A stretch of DNA of 63,093 bases, filler included, from Octopus bimaculoides (taxonomy: Eukaryota): assembly GCF_001194135.2 (NCBI RefSeq). It is 7 parts of 7 records of this genome, joined end to end, with 100 filler letters (N's around TTAATTAATTAA, not from the genome) between each part and the next. Parts side by side here need not be neighbours in the genome. Positions count along the whole stretch, not along the records: positions 1 to 20,864 come from NC_068983.1; 6 more parts are not named here. One strand, given 5' to 3'. Below, one piece after another: positions 1-11,193 of the stretch (the stretch's first letter is position 1; every line of letters begins with the position of its first letter). Below the pieces are notes generated by a model. The model ran no database searches. It had not been told where the DNA came from and was given only the letters and a program-made list of their open reading frames with translations. A program made the translations under genes and the position numbers.

Positions 1-215
1 TTATCTTTGGAAAGCCACAGATACATAGTCAGTGATGTCACTCTTATCTTTGGAAGGCCACAGATACATAGTCAGTGATGTCACTCTTATCTTTGGAAAG
101 CCACAGATACATAGTCAGTGATGTCACTCTTATCTTTGGAAGGCCACAGATACATAGTCAGTGATGTCACTCTTATCTTTGGAAGGCCACAGATACATAG
201 TCAGTGATGTCACTC
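1..215. repeat. 43-bp minisatellite, 5 copies (truncated by window start)
   Basis: Unit TTATCTTTGGAA(A/G)GCCACAGATACATAGTCAGTGATGTCACTC. Confidence 0.95.
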
Positions 216-845
216 CGTTTTGCAGTGTCATGTGGTGCTTCAATGGGCAGATAACCTAGCAGTGCCCATCTCCTCTCCACCTATGGTTAAATTTTGTCTT
301 CTCTGTGAAAAGCTCTTCTTCCCTTTAATAAATGGTGTTTTTAACCCTACTGGGTATCCACACACCCCAATCCCCCAGCAAACTGGGAGGAGTTGGTGGT
401 TTAATCACTGGCTACCCAACTATAAGACAGGCTGTATATGGTTAAATGGTATGAGTGGCATATAGAATCTGACTTGATTACTTTAGTTGCAGCCACTATG
501 TCTGAAATCACACAAGGTTAGAACCTGAGTATTTGAATTGCCGAGACATGTTTAGAATAAGCTGAAAGGAAAGCAAGCTAATATGTACCATATAAAATTT
601 AAAGGCAAAATTTTCATGTGGTGCTTCAATAATCCAGTGAATTATGGGACTCAGCACTCAGGACATGAAAGTAGTACTTCATCATAGCTGTTGTTAGCAG
701 AAAACTACTTCACTGCAGCTGTTATTAAGAGAAAAATAGTCCACTGTGGCTGTTGTTAACAACTCTTGCATCTTAACACTGAAGAGGTTTCCTGGAGGGA
801 GTACAAATACAGAATAGTTAGAAAAAGAAACAAAAGGCTGCTCAC

Positions 846-959
846 CTGGTTAACTATGAATCGATCACTTCTATTCAGAAGGTGCAGGAAAGGGGTCCAA
901 ACTGACTCCCTGTTCTTGCGAGCGTAATCTCTGAAGATCTCGACATAAGACTTGTCCTC
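846..959 (-). CDS. ATP6V1H: ATP6V1H coding exon (EDKSYVEIFRDYARKNRESVWTPFLHLLNRSDRFIVNQ); gene continues beyond window start
   Basis: Acceptor gcattccag| and donor CAG|GTGAGC; 114 nt, phase 0. Matches human ENHQRVSIFFDYARCSKNTAWPYFLPMLNRQDPFTVHM. Confidence 0.96.
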
Positions 960-1282
960 CTGGAATGCAGATATTTCAAAATTTATTCATCATCACGCTA
1001 ACAAAGTAACAGTTTATTACATTGCCAAATTAAATTCAATAATTAATTAATAATTATTATCAAAGAATTACTTCAAACATTTCGTACCATATCAGAACAA
1101 AGTCTTATGTGATAAAATGCTGTCATGCCCATAGAAATGATTTACTGTAAAAACTCATGTGATTTATGCGCTTTTTTTGCAAAAGTAAAAATAAACTTTA
1201 GGGGGTGCATAAATTACATGAGTATGTAGCGTACACTTGAGTGAAATCCCTCTACCCTTTATTATATATACGTACATACGAA

Positions 1283-2230
1283 TGTAGCAGACAACAGCTA
1301 ATCTTTGGCCGCTATTTGGACTCAGTTGTGTCCACTGCTCTGATTGGTTGGTGCTGGCACAATTTGTCTATTACTGATGCACCAATATGCAACATATAAC
1401 CAGTCGGAGCCCCTAAATAACATCACGTGAGATGTTATTTTCTCAAGCTCGCTTGAGCATACTGTTCATTATAAAAACTCAGCTACTCCTTGTCTCGATG
1501 CCTAAGGTCTAGCCACTGACCACACAAGACACAGCCAGTTCCAGTGACAATGCCAGATGCTCAGGTTTCAACACTGCACTGTTCATGAATTACTTCACCC
1601 TGGATCAACAGGAAAGATACACCCTGCGAGCCAGACAACACCCATCCAACAGCATTACAGCAATCTCTTTCTTCATCGCTACCATCTTCTTCTTAACGAC
1701 GTCAACGACATCTCTATGTACACAGCAACCAGCAACACTGCACAGGTTCTAACACGGCATTGTTCGTGTATTACTTCACCATGGTTAACAGCAAATACCT
1801 GTAAGAACTCATGTACAAGTAACCCAAGCAGCAGCATTACTGCCACAACTTCGTATGACACGTACTGCAACTCTGGCTCTGCATCATTGTCACAACTTCT
1901 TGATACAGTATTTCAATCAATGTATACAATTGACTACGAAACTGGTATTTCTCATTCTTGTGTCTATGAACATTTGCCTAACTTCTCATTACAGACTCTT
2001 TCACTTTCTTCCTCACTGTTTTTCCTATATGTAGCACACGCATACATCCCTGCACATACATACACTTTGTTCTCACGACGGCCTGCCTAATGTTCTGTAT
2101 ACACGACACACACACAACCATACATGTTAACCTATCAATAAATGTTCTCTCTCAAATATTGTATTCAGTTGTGTCACTGCACATTCCCCTCACTTGCACA
2201 GGATATATATTATTCCAGCCTTCAGAACAT
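1283..2230 (+). mobile_element. Possible solo LTR-like insertion in ATP6V1H intron
   Basis: Starts TGTAG; CCAAT-like ATTGG (about 1343), TATAAAA (about 1470), AATAAA (about 2137); higher complexity than flanks. No TSD identified. Confidence 0.3.
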
Positions 2231-2748
2231 AGTTGTTATTAAATGGTCATGCCACACTTCACCAGGACCATCTAAAAGTAGATAGTTTCCAGAATTTGTT
2301 TTGAAATTTATTTTTTTGTTGAAAAACAAAAGATGTACAACTTTTACAACAACACAGTACACCTATTCTAAAACTGGAATACACATGATAATAGGATACA
2401 CATATTAAGAGAATACACCTAATAGATAATTAATATATAACTATAAATTATAGCTAAAAAATAATTAATATATATCTAAAAGTTATAATTAACCCTTTCC
2501 TTGCAAAAATCAGATATATCCACTCAAAATTACCATTATCCTTTACTGCAGAAAGCAGTTTCATATACAAGGAAGGTCTTGTTTGAAACTATTTCTTGTG
2601 AGATGTGTTTATTACAACAATGTATCTTGCAAAAAATACCAATTTTATTTTTTGGTAGATATTTAATATCATTATAGAAATAACTATGAAAGTTAGTTTC
2701 ACAGTCAAAGGGTTAAAGATAAATAAGCTAAAATAAAAATAGGATTAC

Positions 2749-2838
2749 CTTCAGAATGTCATCACAAACGGTGAGAATATATTGCAAGGTTTGATCTTTG
2801 GCAATGTGGTTCATTAAATTAATGAATGTTTTAGCAAA
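2749..2838 (-). CDS. ATP6V1H: ATP6V1H coding exon (FAKTFINLMNHIAKDQTLQYILTVCDDILK)
   Basis: Acceptor ttttctatttacag| and donor AAG|GTAATC; 90 nt, phase 0. Matches human CAKTFINLMTHICKEQTVQYILTMVDDMLQ. Confidence 0.97.
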
Positions 2839-3084
2839 CTGTAAATAGAAAATGATAAAAACAAAAATAATAAGGAGCCAGTTAACAATGAACTGGTAGT
2901 TGTTTAACTACAGGTCAGCCATCATCAAAGCAGACCTATGATCAAAGGTGTTCCAGATGTGACCATCATGTTTTTCTTTTTATTTGTTGTATATTGGACT
3001 ATGTTTTCAAATGTATTTTCTTTGCCTGCCTTTTTTTAAGGCAGTATGGTTGTTGTTTCTGGCAGATTGAATGACCATGCAGAG

Positions 3085-3390
3085 ATGCAAACATAACTGA
3101 GTGGTTAAGAAGATCACTTTGCAACCATGTGGTTTTTGGTTCAATCCTACTGCACAACACCATGAGCAAGTACCTTCTACTACAGCTCTGGGCTGACCAA
3201 TGCCTTGTGAGTGAATTTAGTAGACAGAGACTGTGTGAAAACCTGTTGTGTGTTGTGTGTGTTTGTCCCCTAGCCAACACTTGACAACTGGTGTTAGTTT
3301 GTTTATGTCCCTGTAACTCAGCAGTTTGGCAAAAGAGACCAACAGTTTAAGTAACAGGTTAAACAAAAACAACAATAAACACTGGGGTTA
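3085..3390 (+). mobile_element. tRNA-derived SINE family A. Other copies approx: 8465-8610(+), 11655-11735/12300-12520(+), 14590-14920(-), 23205-23470(+), 26140-26440(+), 53230-53385(-), 53386-53540(+), 56310-56460(-)
   Basis: Shared box-B-like GGTTCAGTCC/GGTTCAATCC and core GGCAAGTGTCTTCTACTATAGCC..GTGAGTGGATTTGGTAGACGGAAACTGAAAGAAGCCC. Confidence 0.85.
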
Positions 3391-3740
3391 ACCAACCATT
3401 TTACAGAGCATCAATTTAAAAAAAAAATTAATTTTCATCTTGTGAAGATCTAAGTTGAAGACTGTAAGTTCTCTCAGGATGGGTACCAGTAGAGAGAGAT
3501 GAACAAAAAACTTGCTCAAGCAATACAGAAACATTTAAATTTGCAGAACTATTTCAAGCATGCTTATTGATTCACATCCACTTTCCCATGATGCCATTAG
3601 CTGGATGACTCTGCTGTCAGCGTTTTGTCAGATAAAGAGAAATTTGTCGATTTGGTTATGACATAATTGTTATTCTCCTTTGATTAAAAAAATGAAAACA
3701 AAATACATGTAAAATGGAAACGAAAAAGAAAGATTTATAC

Positions 3741-3840
3741 CTGCATGGGGGTTTCAGCTAACATGCGTTTCTTAACCTCGATGTTGTTTTGGTCAAACTT
3801 TGAGACAAACATGTAGTCTTCCTGGGAGATCATCTGGCCC
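3741..3840 (-). CDS. ATP6V1H: ATP6V1H coding exon (GQMISQEDYMFVSKFDQNNIEVKKRMLAETPMQ)
   Basis: Acceptor tttctttgaatttag|G and donor CAG|GTATAA; 100 nt, phase 2 to 0. Matches human GQMISAEDCEFIQRFE. Confidence 0.96.
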
Positions 3841-3950
3841 CTAAATTCAAAGAAAGAAATCAATTATAAATGTAGAGTTCTCAGAGGAAGAGCTGGCATA
3901 AATATAATTTTTTATTATTTTTTTAAATTTTTTATTTTTTTTTATTGCCC

Positions 3951-4165
3951 ACAGGGGGCTAAACATAGACGGGACAAACAAGGACAGACAAAGGGATTAA
4001 GTCGATTATATCGACCCCAGTGATTAACTGGTACTTATTTAATCGACCCCGAAAGGATGAAAGGCAAAGTTGACCTCGGCGGAATTTGAACTGAGAACGT
4101 AAAGAGAGATGAAATACCGCTGAGCATTTCGCCCGGCGTGCTAACGTTTCTGCCAACTCGCCTTT
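3951..4165 (-). mobile_element. SINE family B. Other copies approx: 5865-6010(+), 23776-23990(+), 33145-33420(+), 57715-57878(-), 58250-58370(-), 61030-61230(+)
   Basis: Shared head GGCGGCGAGCTGGCAGAAACGTTAGCACGCC..GAGTTCAAATTC..GCCGAGGTC and core CGATAAAATAAGTACCAGT..CTGGGGTCGAT. Confidence 0.85.
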
Positions 4166-4916
4166 GGAATGGGAGGACAGACAACAAGCTGTTATATTTA
4201 GAGTGTATCTACTTCGCTGTAACTTGAGATTATGTCCCCACCACCATCTCATCTTCATCATCATCTCTCTTCCCTTTCTCCTCCCCTCTCTTTCAACCTG
4301 AGGCAGCCATGTTTCCTATTGCAAGACACCTTTTTTGATCCTCAGTATTACTCACCCCCTCAGCTGATGGGCCTTGCCTTACAAGTTATGTGGTGACCTC
4401 ACTGGTGCTGGTGTCATGAAAAGCATCCATTACACTTTGTAAAGTGGTTGGTATTAGGAAAAGCATCCATCCACAGAACCATGCCAAAGCAAACAGCTTG
4501 GTGCAGCTTTATGACTTGCCAGATCCTGTCGAGCAGTCCGACCCATGCCAGTATGAAAATGGATATTAGATGATGATGAGGATGATGACAACGTTGCTTT
4601 AAGTTCTTTGATATTAAATCATCATTGGATAATTTATTTCTGAATGTGAACATAGTAAAAGACTGGATTCAAAATTATGAATATTGCAAATGAACAACAT
4701 CGTTTGTACGATGGTGATGTTTGTTTACAATTAGCTTCCAATGTCAAGACAAACATGAACAGAACATAAATACTTAAGAGTGGCTTCTTTCAGGTTCCAT
4801 CACTAAATCCACTCAAAGTTTAGATCAGCCCTGGGTTATAATAGAAGACATTAGCTGTAAGTGCTGCAAAATGGGACTGAACTCTTTCTCTCTCACACAC
4901 ACACACCCTTCAATAA

Positions 4917-4995
4917 TCTATACTATATATAAAACAGAGGTGTGTGTAATCGCTTTTCACGTGAAATCGACTTCACCAAATGCTTCCATACTTGT
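4917..4995 (+). mobile_element. Helitron-like 5' terminus, shared with 41868-41948
   Basis: A|TCTATACTATATATAAAACAGAG..CACGTGAAATCGACTTCACCAAATGCTTCCATACTTGT is near-identical at both loci. Confidence 0.55.
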
Positions 4996-5189
4996 CTGAA
5001 ATATTACTGTATTTGTTGTAAGATGCATCCCTTATTTCACAAGTATATTTTGTAAAAAAAAAAAATTTAGCATATTTCATCATATAGTTACTGAAAGATG
5101 ATGTAAAGTGGTTTTATAGGAAGAAAAAGTACAGTTCTGTGCATGTAAATACAGTGTTGTGACAGTATACAGGAATTATTATCATTATC

Positions 5190-5660
5190 ATTTAACATCC
5201 GCTTTCCATGCTAGCATGGGTTGGACGATTTGACTGAGGACTGGCGAACCAGATGGCTGCACCAGGTTCCAAGATGATATGGCGGGGTTTCTACAGCTGG
5301 ATGCCTTTCCAAACGCCAACCACTCCGAGAGTGTAGTGGGTGCTTTTACGTGCCACCGGCACAAAGGCCAGTCAGGCGGTACTGGTAACGGTCATGCTCA
5401 AATGGTGTTTTTTACATGCCACCTGCACAGGAGCCAGTCCAGCAGCACTGGCAACGACCTCGCTTGAATGTTTTTTCACGTGCGACTGGCACAAGTGTCA
5501 GTAAGGCAATGCTGGTAACGATCATGCTCAAATGGTGGTTTTTACGAGCCACTGGCACAGAAGTCAGGTAGCTGCTCTGGCAATGATCATGCTCGAATGG
5601 TGCAGTTAGCGCTCCACTGGCACAGGTGCCAGTCATCGAATTTGGTTCAATTTCGATAAA
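5190..5660 (-). mobile_element. RTE-type 3'-tail repeat with internal ~60-66 bp degenerate tandem units. Related: 4380-4590(+), 42382-42670(-), 43240-43460(-)
   Basis: Shared AGCTGGATGCCCTTCC.AA.GCCAACCACTC.GAGAGTGTAG motif (also in the RTE 3' UTR at about 44705) and GAT-repeat tail. Confidence 0.75.
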
Positions 5661-6183
5661 GTATGAAAACAAATTTATCATGAATAAACTACTGTATGGG
5701 AGTATCAACATCAACTGTATGGCTGTTTATAGTTTGGCTTAAAGAATTACCATACAAGATATAAAACTAATATTTCTGGCTGTGATGTATTATGTAACTT
5801 TGATCAGTTGATATTGCATACATATTTGTATGTGATACTATTTAAAATTTTCTTGGTGAAAAAGGCGGTGAGCAGGCAGAATCATTAGCATGCCAGACAA
5901 AATGCTTAACAGTATTTTGTCGATCTTTATGTTCTGTTGAGGTTGACTTTGCCTTTTATCCTTTCGGAATCAATAGAACAAGCATCAGTTGAGTACTGGG
6001 GTCGATGTAATTGATTTACTCCTTCTTCAGAAATCGCTGGTCTTGTGCCAAAACTTTGAAAATTTTCTTGGTGAAAGCTGTCTCCAAGTAAAGTGTGTTT
6101 CTGTGTATTTTCAGTAAGAATGATTGATTTATGCCAGCAATCTGAAAGAAAACCAAAGAATCTGAAAATGAAAGGATACTTAC

Positions 6184-6265
6184 TGAAGGTAACATTGCCA
6201 GTTGATACGGTTAGCTCTGATATCATTAGCATGTCTCTGCAGTGTACTAGTGGCTGTTTGAGCAC
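6184..6265 (-). CDS. ATP6V1H: ATP6V1H coding exon (AQTATSTLQRHANDIRANRINWQCYL-Q)
   Basis: Acceptor ttttttttatcag|GT and donor CA|GTAAGT; 82 nt. Matches the subunit H N-terminal motif (human AAEVRANKVNWQSYLQ). Confidence 0.95.
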
Positions 6266-6768
6266 CTGATAAAAAAAAAGAAATTAAAACGATTATAATA
6301 ATTATTGTCATTGCTTTTATTTTATTTATGCATCCTTTTAAAGCCTAGCCAGGCTCATGGGCCCGGTTTCTATGGCGTATATGTTCCCCCCAGCTGGACA
6401 GGACGCCAGCCCATCGCAGCGTTATTCAAGAAACAGGAAGAAAGAGTGAGAGAAAGTTGGGGCGAAAGAGTACAACAGGGGTCGCCACCACACCCTGCCG
6501 GAGCCTCGTAGAGCTTTAGGTGTTTTCGCTCAATAAACACACACAACACCTGGTCTGGGAATCGAAACCACGATCCTCCGACCGCGAGTGCTGCCCTAAC
6601 CACTGGGCCATTGTGCCTCCTATTGTCATTGTAATAATCATAATTATTTCTTGCTGTTCTCATGGGTTGGGTGAAGCTTGTGTTAAAGTTATCTTGTCAG
6701 GTGGATTACAAATGTTTCATGTATCATATTTTCTGCCATACAAGTTGAATTTTTCAGACCAAAATTTA

Positions 6769-7401
6769 GGATCTTTTTTTAAAACGGGGGCCACATTTTT
6801 CATTAACGAAACACTTTGAAACTTGGAACACTGGTAGAATGTGTCATATAAAACATCTTTTTCTCTTAGTCTTCTTAAAAAAAAAAAAAATCCATAACTT
6901 ATTCCATGTTAAAGTTGTCGTATTTATGTAATTTCAACCAATCACTGACGTCCATTCAGCCGATATACATTAAGTGCCGACTACATAAACAAACGATTCT
7001 GAAACAATTAACCCTGACCCTAACCCTAACCCTAGGGTTAGGGTTAAAGCAAATTTANNNNNNNNNNNNNNNNNNNNNNNNNNNNNNNNNNNNNNNNNNN
7101 NNNNNNNNNNNNNNNNNNNNNNNNNNNAAAAAGCAAATAAAACGAAGGTATGGAGATTAAATACGCTTTACATCGCTTAATCAGCCAAAGGAGTATATAT
7201 AAACAACTGAATACTTGTCAGTGATTGGTTGAAATTATCGAAATAAGACAATTTTTTACATGAAATAAATTCGAATACAAAAATATTTTTCTGTTCTATA
7301 ACACAAAATAGATAAGTATACAAAGTTTGAAAGTCTTTCGGTACCAAAAACACTACGTAAAACATTAATGAAAAATGTGGCCCCCGTTTTAAAATAGATC
7401 C
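6769..7401 (+). mobile_element. Non-autonomous DNA transposon (MITE), copy 1, with 8-bp TSD
   Basis: TIRs GGATCT(T/A)TTTT..AAAACGGGGGCCACATTTTTCATTAA at both ends; AAAATTTA duplicated at 6761-6768 and 7402-7409; internal (CCCTAA)n-(TTAGGG)n palindrome. Confidence 0.9.
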
Positions 7402-7914
7402 AAAATTTACAGCCCAAAAAAAAAAAAAAAAAAGTAGGTTGACTTTTACACCAAGATGACTTCAGAGGACCAAAAATTCCATGTGAAATGCAGCAGGATT
7501 TGGTAAGACAGAGACAATGTTTGAATGTTCAGATGATATACTAAGATGACTTCTATGTCAGAAGAGATGGTTATTATTTCTTGCTGTTCTCACGGGTTGG
7601 GTGAAGCTAGTGTATGTAAAAGTTACCCTGGACATGTTTTATGATAAAAGGCAATTTCAACATACACTCTCATAAAGTTTTCCTAATTTGGCCTTTCAAG
7701 AATCCACCCCACCTCAAAAAAAGAAAAAAAAATTTTTCATCTTAACCTTAGCTGATTACCTCTGTACCACAAGATATTCAGTTAGGCATCATGAGTGAGT
7801 CACATAATTGATCTCTAAATCAATCAATCACTGTGAAGCTGTGGCATGACATGGGTCCTTGGATGATCTAAAATTCACCCACTTTTCATCCTATAAAAAC
7901 TGTTTGGCACATAC

Positions 7915-8130
7915 TCAGGTAGACTGCTATGCCAAATGGCCTTGGCAGACTGTTAGGACCAGATGGCCATGGCAGACCGCTAAGAACAGATGGCTTCAGC
8001 ATATGCTAAGACAGATGACCTTGGTAGACAGCTAAGACCAAATGGCCTTAGGCACTCACAGAAGGCAGTCTAAGACCAGATTGCTTCAGGGACTTGGACA
8101 GACCACCTAGAGCAAGAAATGACTTCAGAC
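7915..8130. repeat. Degenerate ~27-bp tandem repeat
   Basis: Consensus approx TTGGCAGACnGCTAAGACCAGATGGCC; at least five recognisable units. Confidence 0.75.
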
Positions 8131-8603
8131 ACCTAACAAGAGACAACATGGTTCTCTCCTTCCACTCAGCAGTTACATTATCAAGATCTTTCTTTAGTAG
8201 ACAACCAACATACTAAATTATGCTAAGCAATAGATATGTTAAAAGTTTAAAATTCTTGAGTCACTTCATTTATGATACATACAGCCAATAAGCAGCTACC
8301 ACAACATTGGTGACCAAGCACCCTCATGACAGTACCATGGACCAGTTTCATGCAAGACAATTTTCCTATAGACCAAAAGATCACACGCATAACAAAACAT
8401 CAAGTGCATAATATATAGTTTAATTACTACAGATATATTACGAATATAATGCATATATAGATGCAGGTGTGATTGTGTTGTAAGAAGCTTGGTTCTGGTT
8501 TCAGTCCCACTGCATGACTCCTTGGGCAAGTGTCTTATTATAGCCCTGGGCTGACCAAGGCCTTGTGAGTGGATTTGGTAGACAGTAACTGAAAGAAGCC
8601 CAT

Positions 8604-8652
<49 letters not shown>

Positions 8653-9390
8653 NNNNNNNNNNNNNNNNNNNNNNNNNNNNNNNNNNNNNNNNNNNNNNNN
8701 NNNNNNNNNNNNNNNNNNNNNNNNNNNNNNNNNNNNNNNNNTTTAAAAAATTATCCAAAATAAAACATATATTGATATATTAGAAATATATATGGACATA
8801 TAAATATATGTATATAAACATAGTAATAATATAATGAAGTACAGGATTATAGATAAAAACATTTAAAAAAGAGGACTGAAAATATAGTGAAGAGAAAAAA
8901 TAATAGGCATCAAAAAAAAAAAAAAAACCCAAAAAACCCTCTCCTCAACTCTTGGGAAAATTTTTCCTCACAAATTTCTTTATAATCGTAATCTATGCCA
9001 TTTGAGGCTATTTGTATAAAATTTCATTAAAAGATATCCATTTTTCTGAAAGTTATGAGGGAAAAAATTGGGTGATGAGTATTTTCCGAAACCCAGGTTC
9101 GTTTGCGCAAATTTTGGTTTCCAGATTCGTTTATTACACATTTTTTTAATACACTTATTACACTTGTGTTTTTTTTGTTTTGCTTTGGTGGCCGCGTGTT
9201 AAACTAGATATTAGCCACATTTTTTTTCTTTAGATATTTTAGGTCACGGTGAAAACATCACGAGGATAATGTTATATTGACGATTAGTCACACTCAAGTG
9301 TGTGTGTGTCTATATATATATATATATGTATATATATAGAGAGTTTATCCTATTATTGTATATATATATATATATATATATAAATATATA

Positions 9391-9557
9391 GGCATAACTA
9401 CAGAGTTCTACCCCCCAGACTTTGGAAGGTCATAACTTTCAGAAAAATGAATATTTTTTAATGAAATTTTCTATGCATATTGTATTTATTATGTAGATCC
9501 CGAATATACAAAAAATTCCGGTGAAAGTGTTGGGGGGTAGAACTCTGTAGTTATGCC
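9391..9557. mobile_element. 167-bp MITE with perfect 26-bp TIRs inside a (TA)n tract
   Basis: GGCATAACTACAGAGTTCTACCCCCC (9391-9416) and GGGGGGTAGAACTCTGTAGTTATGCC (9532-9557), with (TA)n on both sides. Confidence 0.85.
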
Positions 9558-11193
9558 TATATATATATATATAGACAGATAGAGAGACAAACATGTCGCC
9601 CTCTGCCTCTAATATATTTAAATGTTGCAACTTAATACAAACACACACACACAACACGCACATACCATCCATACACAAGCATCACGCCCCACAAATTATG
9701 CAAACACTTCCTCTTTAAATATTTGTTTCTTTTCTCTTTGAAATCTAAATTTTTTTTACGATTAAAATCAACAACCTAATTAAAATAAATAGAAAGAACT
9801 AAAATTTGTTGTAGTAGTGATAAGACCACCAACACCAACATTTTAACACCTTATATAAAGTTTAAACTTTATATAAGAATTAATTTCCTAAATTCGTTGA
9901 ACTCTGTAACTGAATAGGATCGTTTACACNNNNNNNNNNNNNNNNNNNNNNNNNNNNNNNNNNNNNNNNNNNNNNNNNNNNNNNNNNNNNNNNNNNNNNN
10001 NNNNNNNNNNNNNNNNNNNNNNNNNNNNNNNNNNNNNNNNNNNNNNNNNNNNNNNNNNNNNNNNNNNNNNNNNNNNNNNNNNNNNNNNNNNNNNNNNNNN
10101 NNNNNNNNNNNNNNNNNNNNNNNNNNNNNNNNNNNNNNNNNNNNNNNNNNNNNNNNNNNNNNNNNNNNNNNNNNNNNNNNNNNNNNNNNNNNNNNNNNNN
10201 NNNNNNNNNNNNNNNNNNNNNNNNNNNNNNNNNNNNNNNNNNNNNNNNNNNNNNNNNNNNNNNNNNNNNNNNNNNNNNNNNNNNNNNNNNNNNNNNNNNN
10301 NNNNNNNNNNNNNNNNNNNNNNNNNNNNNNNNNNNNNNNNNNNNNNNNNNNNNNNNNNNNNNNNNNNNNNNNNNNNNNNNNNNNNNNNNNNNNNNNNNNN
10401 NNNNNNNNNNNNNNNNNNNNNNNNNNNNNNNNNNNNNNNNNNNNNNNNNNNNNNNNNNNNNNNNNNNNNNNNNNNNNNNNNNNNNNNNNNNNNNNNNNNN
10501 NNNNNNNNNNNNNNNNNNNNNNNNNNNNNNNNNNNNNNNNNNNNNNNNNNNNNNNNNNNNNNNNNNNNNNNNNNNNNNNNNNNNNNNNNNNNNNNNNNNN
10601 NNNNNNNNNNNNNNNNNNNNNNNNNNNNNNNNNNNNNNNNNNNNNNNNNNNNNNNNNNNNNNNNNNNNNNNNNNNNNNNNNNNNNNNNNNNNNNNNNNNN
10701 NNNNNNNNNNNNNNNNNNNNNNNNNNNNNNNNNNNNNNNNNNNNNTTATGTACAAACTAATGATTGAAACATGTATAAGCTAACAGAGTTTTTTTTCGTG
10801 TTACGTCGTTTTTGAGTTAGTCACGTGTTGGAACCGACGTAAGTTGAGGTATGCCTAAATAAACAAATATCGCGCGCACAAGCATCAGTGTTGTCAAACT
10901 TGTTTGACCTTGAAGAATGCTTTTTAAGCCGCTCATTCACACTTTTTGAAAATCTTTTTCCAGAATCGGAATCTCCATAGCCTAAAACGTGGGATTCCGT
11001 AAAAAAATAAATAAAACAAGGGGGGAAAGGTTCAGATTACATATAGTCCATCTACGTTTTTCTAAAAAAAAAAAAAAAAGCAGAAATAAAAACATTTTCC
11101 TGTGTATGTTATATTAATATCATTGATCACCATGTCTAGGTCAAAAAATTCTCCCTTCCATCTTTGACTTGTTTTCTTTTTGCTTCTTTGCAG

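Noticed and set aside
1-215. Regular repeat array as CRISPR
   Set aside because: No unique spacers and a eukaryotic intronic context; it is a minisatellite.
1557-2090. 177-aa Ser/Thr-rich plus-strand ORF
   Set aside because: No recognisable domain, lies antisense in an ATP6V1H intron within a repeat-like insert; likely a chance ORF.
6196-6198. Cys in NWQCYLQ where human has Ser
   Set aside because: This position varies among animals and the codon is not explicable by A-to-I editing; no basis for a functional claim.
9070-9100. GTGATGA..GAAAC hammerhead-like spacing
   Set aside because: Core C3 is missing and stem I does not pair; part of a DNA-transposon-like end.
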